This document shows, piece by piece, positions 38,544 to 45,475 of a stretch of 56,491 bases of DNA. Within the stretch, counting starts at the first letter, position 1. Each line of letters begins with the position of its first letter. The position numbers and the translations under genes are program-made. This stretch comes from a virus. Taxonomy: Duplodnaviria > Caudoviricetes. Where the stretch lies: the IMG/VR virus record IMGVR_UViG_3300048834_000448, positions 1-56,491 of that record; one strand, 5' to 3'. Under the pieces are notes generated by a model. That model searched no databases. It was given only the letters and a program-made list of their open reading frames with translations, and had not been told where the DNA came from.

Positions 38544-38661
38544 AATACGCGCCGGTCGCTGAGCGGAAACGCTCGCGGCTGGTTTCAACACTTGCCCCGG
38601 ACTGTCTGAGCGAGCGTATCGCCTGGACTGTCTAGGGTCTGGACTCGGAAGGATTAGGACA

Positions 38662-38904
38662 ATGACTGTTAGCGAACTGATGCAGGTACTTCAAGAGGGC
38701 ATAGACAAAGGCAAGTGGTACAAAGGCACTCGGGTAGTCACATACAACCATTGCGCCGATGACGGGACCACCTACGGCGACCCCGACCCCGAGCGAGATA
38801 CGCTCATCCAGAAGGGCGGCAAGGGACCGCTAGGGAACGCGAGCCCGTATGTAGGCCCTGAAGGATACCCCAAGGCCGATCGCGTGGCCGTCGTAGTGCT
38901 TTGA
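38662..38904 (+). CDS. Small early hypothetical protein
   Basis: MTVSELMQVLQ start; repeat-B leader. Confidence 0.7.
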   Translation: MTVSELMQVLQEGIDKGKWYKGTRVVTYNHCADDGTTYGDPDPERDTLIQKGGKGPLGNASPYVGPEGYPKADRVAVVVL

Positions 38905-38945
38905 GTATCCAATTACCGAACGACTGACACAGGACAACAGACACC

Positions 38946-39512
38946 ATGCGAGTAGACTTCACGATCGAACAAGTTGATGCACTCGCTCAGGGCTTGCGCC
39001 TCGGCGACTTCGAGCCCCGAGCCGTCTACCTCGAATTCGACGACCGGGACGGCGACCTCACCGATACCGATGTCCCTGAGGACTGGCCGGGGGCCTTGCA
39101 GGACGCACTATTCGAGGACGCGAGCGACAAGCCCGAGACCCGACTACCTGGCGTTCACGCGGAGAGGATCACCGCTACGCTGCTGGCGGTGGATGAGGCC
39201 CTGTATGCCCTCGACGCAACCGACCTGCGGGACCGCGTGCGCCACGCCCTGCGGGACTTGGGCGAGGACATCCCGCCCGTGCGCGTCGAGGACTTCATGG
39301 AGCGACTTCTGCGGCTCCGGGTATGGTTCGCCGGACTCGACCGTGTAGCCCTCGTAGACAACGGCGAAGAGCCCGCCGTCTACTATGCCAACGGCGCAGA
39401 GGGCGACGAGGGCGAGGTCGTCGGGTACTACTCCCTCTCGGACCCGGACCGACTGACGGCTGAGGCGATGGATCGGGATTGGACCAAACACCAAGCGAAG
39501 AAAGAAGGATGA
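38946..39512 (+). CDS. Acidic hypothetical protein
   Basis: Asp/Glu-rich 188 aa; AGGA upstream. Confidence 0.7.
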   Translation: MRVDFTIEQVDALAQGLRLGDFEPRAVYLEFDDRDGDLTDTDVPEDWPGALQDALFEDASDKPETRLPGVHAERITATLLAVDEALYALDATDLRDRVRHALRDLGEDIPPVRVEDFMERLLRLRVWFAGLDRVALVDNGEEPAVYYANGAEGDEGEVVGYYSLSDPDRLTAEAMDRDWTKHQAKKEG

Positions 39513-39515
39513 GCG

Positions 39516-39833
39516 ATGGACCCGCTGCAACGACTGAAAGACGACATCGACGCACACACCCCCGCGACCCAGCCCGACGCCCCGGCGTGCGCAGACGCGA
39601 CCGCGAACGAGGCCGCGACGACCGACTACCAGCGGCGCAAGGAACGCCGGAACATCATGACGACTCGCGGCGAGTATTTCGTCGAGGCGTGTATGGACTG
39701 GCGGGACGGTGCGCCCAACCTCGTGATGGTCCGGGTGCTCGTGGACAACCCGAGCAACGAAGCGTGCGAAGAGATCGAGGCCGCGATCGAAGCGGACTTG
39801 GAGGACTGGTGGAAGATGGGCCAGCCATGCTGA
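39516..39833 (+). CDS. Hypothetical protein
   Basis: SD AAGGA; codon bias. Confidence 0.6.
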   Translation: MDPLQRLKDDIDAHTPATQPDAPACADATANEAATTDYQRRKERRNIMTTRGEYFVEACMDWRDGAPNLVMVRVLVDNPSNEACEEIEAAIEADLEDWWKMGQPC

Positions 39834-40015
39834 GAGTGCGCCGAGTAGACAGGAAACTGTACGAGGTCAGCCAAGGGGACTCCCGGCATAAGCCCGGGGA
39901 CCGCATCACCGCCCCGCTCCTGTGCGCGTACTTGATGACGGGGAAGAAGATACGGATAGAGAAAGTTTCACCTTTAGACAAGTTGACCGGACCATCCGAC
40001 CGATCTAGACTCTGA
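39827..40015 (+). CDS. Hypothetical protein
   Basis: Overlapping start; 62 aa. Confidence 0.4.
   Translation: MLRVRRVDRKLYEVSQGDSRHKPGDRITAPLLCAYLMTGKKIRIEKVSPLDKLTGPSDRSRL
39983..40011 (+). promoter_or_regulatory. Sigma70 promoter
   Basis: TTGACC-N17-TAGACT. Confidence 0.65.
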
Positions 40016-40065
40016 CGCAAACGGGAATTTCCCCGAAGACCAACGACTCAACCAAGGAGCATACC

Positions 40066-40296
40066 ATGAGCGACAAGAACACCCCCGCCCGCATCGAGTA
40101 CCCGTCCGAAACTCCCGCCTACTACGGCATCCGTGAACGCTCCGGCGTCCGGGTCTCCCGCACCCTCTTCGGCCCCTTCGAGACCGCCGAGGCGGCGCAG
40201 GGGGCCATGAGCGACGGCATCCAGCCAGGGGACCGCCTCATCGTCCTGCTCGGGCAGGCGGAGAGCGACAAGACCCTGAGCGTCCAGTTCACCTGA
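40066..40296 (+). CDS. 76-aa hypothetical protein directly upstream of the hammerhead
   Basis: SD AAGGAG; strong codon bias; own promoter. Confidence 0.75.
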   Translation: MSDKNTPARIEYPSETPAYYGIRERSGVRVSRTLFGPFETAEAAQGAMSDGIQPGDRLIVLLGQAESDKTLSVQFT

Positions 40297-40297
40297 T

Positions 40298-40351
40298 CCC
40301 GTTCTGACGAGCCCGCAAGGGCGAAACGCGGGGACAGCCCGCGTCAACGGG
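40298..40351 (+). ncRNA. Type I hammerhead ribozyme
   Basis: CCCGTT-CTGACGA-GCCC(GCAA)GGGC-GAAA-CGCGGG(GACAG)CCCGCG-TC-AACGGG; all three stems and the core are intact; GUC cleavage after 40345. Confidence 0.92.
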
Positions 40352-40529
40352 TACAGCGACCTGCCCTTGAAAACGGCAGGACTGCTAGCGTCGGCGGCAA
40401 CCGCCGCGGCCCGCTTCGATCGACCTTGCCGGGCCGATCGGGGTTTCCATCCGAAGTCAGGAGGTGCGAGATGTGACAGGCAATGACTGTGGACACACTC
40501 TGGCGGTGTGAGAGCATCGCCCGAGTTTT

Positions 40530-40784
40530 ATGAGGAACGAAACCGTAATCTCGTGGCAGCCTTTGGACGAACCAGCGTCCCCGACTCTTCCCACCTTCGT
40601 CAGTGAGGATGAGGGGAACCACTCGCAGGACCATCTCGTGCATCTCGTGGTCGAGCCGGTGGACTGGTTCGCGGTGCGAGGGCCAGGAGACGAAGGCAGC
40701 ATCCCGACACCATCGAGCGCGTTGCTCGGCATCGCGGGACTGCTGCTGCTGGCGATCAAACGACGGACAAGGAGCAAGCAATGA
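40530..40784 (+). CDS. Small protein ending in a PEP-CTERM-like sorting signal
   Basis: IPTPSSALLGIAGLLLLAIKRRTRSKQ: Pro motif, TM helix, basic tail. Confidence 0.6.
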   Translation: MRNETVISWQPLDEPASPTLPTFVSEDEGNHSQDHLVHLVVEPVDWFAVRGPGDEGSIPTPSSALLGIAGLLLLAIKRRTRSKQ

Positions 40785-41422
40785 AACAGGGAACGAAGAT
40801 CAGTTTTCTTTCGACCGCGACCGGCAAGCAGGAGGTCGGCGAGTTGATCGACCAGCAAGGCGGGCCTGACGGCATCACCTACGCTTGGCGGTGGGACGGC
40901 AACGAGGAGGGTTTCCATCACGACACCGCCCCGACGAACACCGTCAGGGCGGTAGGGCAGCCCTCCGCCGTCTCTGTCGGCGTCGAGGTGCCCGAGGGCG
41001 TCGTGCAGGTCTCAGGCGACATGGAGCACCTGCGGGAGCATTTCGCCCCGTTCACCGGGGCCATCGACGCCGCCCGCCGAGCCATACTCAAGGAGTACGC
41101 CGCCGCATACTGTCAGCGGACAGGGCTGGACCCCGCCGAGGTCGAGTTGATCCAGTCGGTCAAGGACGACGGCAGCGTAGGCCTGCGGTTCGTGCCCAAG
41201 GAAGAAGGGGACGCCACGGCGTTTGATGCGGGGGCTCAGGCCGTCATGGCTCGGCTCAGCGTCGTGATCGAGGATCGGATGGCTCACGCATCGCCGCAGT
41301 GCCGCGTCTCTGCGGTGCTCCGAGGCATCATGCACGAGATGAATGCTTCGTTTGCGCCGACTGCGATGCGACTCAAGGCACAGGAGATTGTGAAAGAGCA
41401 GAAGGAAAGGACTGGAAAGTGA
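40781..41422 (+). CDS. Hypothetical protein
   Basis: SD AAGGAG; ATGA overlap. Confidence 0.7.
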   Translation: MKQGTKISFLSTATGKQEVGELIDQQGGPDGITYAWRWDGNEEGFHHDTAPTNTVRAVGQPSAVSVGVEVPEGVVQVSGDMEHLREHFAPFTGAIDAARRAILKEYAAAYCQRTGLDPAEVELIQSVKDDGSVGLRFVPKEEGDATAFDAGAQAVMARLSVVIEDRMAHASPQCRVSAVLRGIMHEMNASFAPTAMRLKAQEIVKEQKERTGK

Positions 41423-41616
41423 CAGACATCATTCTTTGGGCAGCGTTCTCAGCCCAGACAATCTTCATCCTCGCGTTGCTCGGCGCGTCGCGCAAGCAAT
41501 TGAATGATAGTGTGGAGAAGAATGGTATGTTTGCCTCGGTGGCGGGATACATTATCTCGGCGGCACTCATTCTGTCTCCTAGCGTGGCTTTCTTCTACCT
41601 CCTCATCAACAGGTGA
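41419..41616 (+). CDS. Small two-TM membrane protein
   Basis: GTGA overlap; two hydrophobic segments. Confidence 0.55.
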   Translation: MTDIILWAAFSAQTIFILALLGASRKQLNDSVEKNGMFASVAGYIISAALILSPSVAFFYLLINR

Positions 41617-41619
41617 TCT

Positions 41620-41802
41620 ATGTCAGATAAGCAGCCATGCAGCCACACCATCATCCGCAATCGCCGGGAGACCGCGTGCATCAAGGGCGCGCACTACGAG
41701 CACGAGGGCCGATGGTACTGTGCTCACCACTACCCGCCCAAGGTCGAGGAGATTCGGTTGAAGCGTCTCGCGGCAAGGGCCGCGAAGAAGGAGCAGCCAT
41801 GA
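41620..41802 (+). CDS. Small Cys/His protein
   Basis: C...C...WYCAHH; SD AGGTG. Confidence 0.6.
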   Translation: MSDKQPCSHTIIRNRRETACIKGAHYEHEGRWYCAHHYPPKVEEIRLKRLAARAAKKEQP

Positions 41803-42104
41803 CACTCATCGAAACGGTACGCGGCGTCGAGGGCGCGGAAGAGGCGTTGGCGAAGCGGGGGCTGCGGTATGCACCAGAACTAGACCGCCACACATTTACG
41901 CTGAGGAACTGGGTTGCGCTCGACATAGGGCAGCGAATCCCGGAAGAGTTGGCCGAGACCGTCATCCTCGGTATCGCGGGGAGGATACTTAGCAATCTGT
42001 CCTCACGGCCCCCTTTATCAACTCGAACCAAGGTACGCACAAGATGGAAGTGGGCTTATAGGGTGGGAGGTCTTGTCTCGAAGGAGAAGTGTCTGGTCAA
42101 CTAA
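41799..42104 (+). CDS. Hypothetical protein
   Basis: SD AAGGAG; ATGA overlap. Confidence 0.55.
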   Translation: MTLIETVRGVEGAEEALAKRGLRYAPELDRHTFTLRNWVALDIGQRIPEELAETVILGIAGRILSNLSSRPPLSTRTKVRTRWKWAYRVGGLVSKEKCLVN

Positions 42105-42173
42105 ACCAGGACTCCACCCCACTTACCTCCACGCCGCCCTCGCGATGATCGTGGCAAAACACAAGGAGCAGCC

Positions 42174-42425
42174 ATGACCGCACGCTGGCAATACGAGGTC
42201 TTCGAGGGAGGATCTCGCGGCTCGGGCAAGGCCATCAACTACTACCTGAAGCGTGTCGGCGTCAGCGAGCGACACACCCTCACAGCAGACTGTGAGTTCA
42301 TGTACCGGGACGGCTGGGGTCCGCCTATCGTCCCCGCGACGCGGCGACTCAAGGCGTACAGTCAGCGTGGGCTGGCGGAGCGTGCGATGTCGATTGCGAT
42401 CGCCGAAGCGGATGCGGGATTATGA
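42174..42425 (+). CDS. Hypothetical protein
   Basis: SD AAGGAG. Confidence 0.6.
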   Translation: MTARWQYEVFEGGSRGSGKAINYYLKRVGVSERHTLTADCEFMYRDGWGPPIVPATRRLKAYSQRGLAERAMSIAIAEADAGL

Positions 42426-42592
42426 ACCTTCGCTTGACATCTGATACACCGACGCTTAGACTCCCCTGCCCAGAGTGCAAAGGACTCGGGCGTGTGGAGG
42501 CCCCGGACACCTTCTGTGTCCGAGGACAGCCGCTTGGGATTCGAGGTGCGGTGATCCCGTGCCCTAAGTGCAAAGGAAAGAAGTATGTTTGA
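42422..42592 (+). CDS. 56-aa DnaJ-type CxxCxGxG zinc-finger protein (below the ORF track cut-off)
   Basis: CPECKGLG...CPKCKG; ATGA overlap. Confidence 0.6.
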   Translation: MNLRLTSDTPTLRLPCPECKGLGRVEAPDTFCVRGQPLGIRGAVIPCPKCKGKKYV

Positions 42593-43175
42593 CCGATACA
42601 TCGAAGATCTGAAGAGAGCATACCCGGGTGCCAAGATCACAGTGTTACATGACGCGATCTTCGTAGGCGAGCCCTCTAAGGGTGTGGAAGCAGAGATCGA
42701 AGCGTATCAACGAGGCTTGGCAGGCGTTTATATGGCTAACATCAGAATGAAGAAGGAGATTCATTACATGGCAATGAAGCACGAAAGCAGTCCGTTTGTC
42801 TCTCGCAATGTCAAGCAGGACTCGACTGTTGGCATATATAGCAAAAAGACATGGAAACACGAAGAGACGCCGGAAGAGTTCCGGTTCTTGAAGCACAGCG
42901 AAGCCAACAACCCTCAAGCGGGCGGACTGCGCCCTGTAGTGTACCTCAAGAAGCACTTTTGGGCTGAGGATGTCGGGCACTCGATCTTCATCCGTCGCAG
43001 GGAGAAGTCGGAGTTCCGCCAGGGATGGGAGGCGGCGATCGACCACCTTACCTCACCTCACGACGGTAAATCTGCGAGGGTGTACTATACTGATCCTCTG
43101 CTAGATATGCCTACGGTGGCCTTCTTTGTGGAAGAAGAAAAAAAAAGCGTGCCCGCGATGAGGTGGTACCAATGA
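42585..43175 (+). CDS. Hypothetical protein
   Basis: SD AAGGA; overlaps both neighbours. Confidence 0.55.
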   Translation: MFDRYIEDLKRAYPGAKITVLHDAIFVGEPSKGVEAEIEAYQRGLAGVYMANIRMKKEIHYMAMKHESSPFVSRNVKQDSTVGIYSKKTWKHEETPEEFRFLKHSEANNPQAGGLRPVVYLKKHFWAEDVGHSIFIRRREKSEFRQGWEAAIDHLTSPHDGKSARVYYTDPLLDMPTVAFFVEEEKKSVPAMRWYQ

Positions 43176-44101
43176 AATCCGTCATCCTCGCCCCTAACGA
43201 ACAAATCGAATTCGACGACCCTCGTATTCGCTATCCGATGCTCGGCTCCGTCAAGTTCGACGGCACGCGATGCGTCTGTGTGGACGGCGAACTCCTGACG
43301 CGGAACATGAAGCCGCAGAAGAACAAGAACCTCTACCGGCACCTTGCGCCGATGGTGGCCGCGAGCAAGCGACTAGGGCTGGTCTTCGACATGGAGTTGT
43401 ACGACCACACGCTGTCCTGCCACGGGGACCACACCTCGATCCTCGCGGCGCACGACAAGCCCATCCCCGAGAGCATGATCGCCCACTACTTCGACTGCAT
43501 CCCGATCGAAGACTGGCGACGAGGCTCTGGCGGGCACCCGTTCAGTGAGCGGATCGCTCGGGCGTGGGATGTCGCGTTCGGCGAGCCGTGGATTCAGCCG
43601 GTGGCGCACAGGCCCATCAAGCACGAGCAGGACGCCCGCTTCACCTTTGCCGACGCGGTGGGCCTCGGGTACGAGGGCATCATGCTCCGTTGCCCGAACG
43701 GCCTGTACAAGCATGGCCGGGCCACCATCAAGGAGTCGAACATCCTCAAGTTCAAGGCGTTCGAGACGATGGACGGCGAGATCATCGAGGTCATGCAGCG
43801 TCGGAAGATGAAGGACGGCCTGGACCGCACGCTCACGCCGACCGGGCACATGGAGCGAATCCACACCAAGGACTCCTTCGACCTCGATGAGATGGTCGGC
43901 GCGTTCAAGGTCCGCTTCGAGGACGGCACGGTGTCCGAGGCCAACTACGGTCGCGGCTTCGACCACGAGACGCGGCGCAAGCACTGGGAGGAGAGAGTGT
44001 CGCTCGTGGGGAGGTGTGTCGAGGTCCGGCACCTTCCCCACGGTGCGAAGGACGGCGTGCGTATTGGGACTCTGGTTCGCTTCCGCCCGGATAAGGAGTG
44101 A
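43172..44101 (+). CDS. ATP-dependent DNA ligase
   Basis: KFDG motif I, FDMEL, YFD, EGIMLR, LKFK. Confidence 0.92.
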   Translation: MKSVILAPNEQIEFDDPRIRYPMLGSVKFDGTRCVCVDGELLTRNMKPQKNKNLYRHLAPMVAASKRLGLVFDMELYDHTLSCHGDHTSILAAHDKPIPESMIAHYFDCIPIEDWRRGSGGHPFSERIARAWDVAFGEPWIQPVAHRPIKHEQDARFTFADAVGLGYEGIMLRCPNGLYKHGRATIKESNILKFKAFETMDGEIIEVMQRRKMKDGLDRTLTPTGHMERIHTKDSFDLDEMVGAFKVRFEDGTVSEANYGRGFDHETRRKHWEERVSLVGRCVEVRHLPHGAKDGVRIGTLVRFRPDKE

Positions 44102-44104
44102 GGT

Positions 44105-44380
44105 ATGACACAGCCCTTCAAGTTTCCTGTCTACCACCCCCACATCGACAGAGATATGGTGGAAGGGTACTGGTTCTCGAAAAGCACCCTGAATCAGATA
44201 TCGGATTCAATGGCGACAGATCTGAACAGGCTGACTACGGTGCGGAAGTGCGTTGAGTTATCTTTCGGGAATGTCCCTGTGTCTTTGGCTTGTATGAATG
44301 CGATTTACGAACCAGACGAAGAAAAAGACAAGGTGTTGATCGAGTTGTTCGAGGCCCTGACCGAAGAAAGTCCAACATGA
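44105..44380 (+). CDS. Hypothetical protein
   Basis: SD GGAG/GAGG. Confidence 0.55.
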   Translation: MTQPFKFPVYHPHIDRDMVEGYWFSKSTLNQISDSMATDLNRLTTVRKCVELSFGNVPVSLACMNAIYEPDEEKDKVLIELFEALTEESPT

Positions 44381-44691
44381 ACACCACAACCTGCTCTGAG
44401 GGACAGCCTCTTGTGCCTGTGTCTCTTCAGGAATTGCAAAGACTTTCGCACGACTTCCCTAAGTCCAGATATATCGGGGTGGCGATGCGGCGAGAGACAG
44501 CGATAGATCTGACGCTCCACAAGAAGGCAGAGGGGATGACTTGGTTGGATCTGATGGGTTTCCCGGTGCATTTCACCGAGGCTGTGCCAGAGGGACAGAT
44601 TGTGCCTGTGCTTCGCTTGACCCTGATGGGCAGGGAGTTATCTCTGAGTCAGTCTTTCAACCTCATGCTTATTATGAGAGAGCAGGAATAA
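44377..44691 (+). CDS. Hypothetical protein
   Basis: ATGA overlap. Confidence 0.5.
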   Translation: MNTTTCSEGQPLVPVSLQELQRLSHDFPKSRYIGVAMRRETAIDLTLHKKAEGMTWLDLMGFPVHFTEAVPEGQIVPVLRLTLMGRELSLSQSFNLMLIMREQE

Positions 44692-44694
44692 GTC

Positions 44695-45027
44695 ATGGAA
44701 AGCAAACTCTACATCGACGGCAAAGAGGTAGGAAATCTCAAAGACATCACGCTTGTGACTAGCGAGGCACTCAAGACCGCCGCTGAGGAACTTGCAGAGG
44801 AGCAAGGAGTCGTCCTACCTTGCAAACTTGTGACGATCAAGGAAACACTCTCTTGTAGTTCTTTGACTGTTGCAGAGTTCCAGAAGGCTGTGGATGCCGC
44901 GGTAGACAAGATGAGGTCATTGAAGACCCGCTACAAAGACCACTACAATCCTCCTTCTAAGGCAAGCGAGAGCACAGGCCGTAAGATTGGCGGCAAGACC
45001 TACAAGATCAGAAAGAGGGCACGATGA
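44695..45027 (+). CDS. Hypothetical protein
   Basis: SD AGGA. Confidence 0.6.
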   Translation: MESKLYIDGKEVGNLKDITLVTSEALKTAAEELAEEQGVVLPCKLVTIKETLSCSSLTVAEFQKAVDAAVDKMRSLKTRYKDHYNPPSKASESTGRKIGGKTYKIRKRAR

Positions 45028-45290
45028 GCGACAAGAGACCCGAAATCCGAGCGACATGTAAGGAGTGCGATGGTCGAGGCACTGTCTACGACACAGACCC
45101 TCACCACGGAGCGATCATTGCGAGCACCATAGAAGAGTGCCCTAAGTGCCACGGCAGCAAGAAGGCATCCCGTCCTATGTCCAACGACGAGTGGTTGGAG
45201 GCTCTTGAGATCCGCGTTCGAGCGATTGAGTCCCGGGAGCGTTGGCGCAAAGTGGTCCACCGGCACACAGAAAGAGAAGAGGACGAATGA
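45024..45290 (+). CDS. DnaJ-type zinc-finger small protein
   Basis: CKECDGRG...CPKCHG. Confidence 0.65.
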   Translation: MSDKRPEIRATCKECDGRGTVYDTDPHHGAIIASTIEECPKCHGSKKASRPMSNDEWLEALEIRVRAIESRERWRKVVHRHTEREEDE

Positions 45291-45454
45291 AACGCATCTT
45301 CAACACACGCTGGGGCTACCTGCCTCGCGGCTCAGAGAACCTCTCCTCCGTCCCCGATCGCTGGTGGATCGGCCCTCGCGGCGCGACATCCAGCGGCCTG
45401 TGGGCTCGGCGGTGGGGCCGGGTCTTCCGCGAGGTCATTCGCGCCCGCCATTGA
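45287..45454 (+). CDS. Small Arg/Trp-rich hypothetical protein
   Basis: SD AAGGA; ATGA overlap. Confidence 0.45.
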   Translation: MKRIFNTRWGYLPRGSENLSSVPDRWWIGPRGATSSGLWARRWGRVFREVIRARH

Positions 45455-45475
45455 TTCCCGCCGTTTTCACCCCTA

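Larger units (their letters stand above)
36729..38663 (+). repeat. Repeat family B: four intergenic modules CGGACTGTCTGAGC..GCGTAT...GGACTGTCT...CTGGA....GAAGGAT...ATG
   Basis: Copies at ~36729-36800, 37261-37392, 37844-37978 and 38595-38663. Confidence 0.92.

Noticed and set aside
35626-38663. Classical integron cassette array
   Set aside because: No tyrosine integrase seen and no attC RYYYAAC/GTTRRRY palindromic structure
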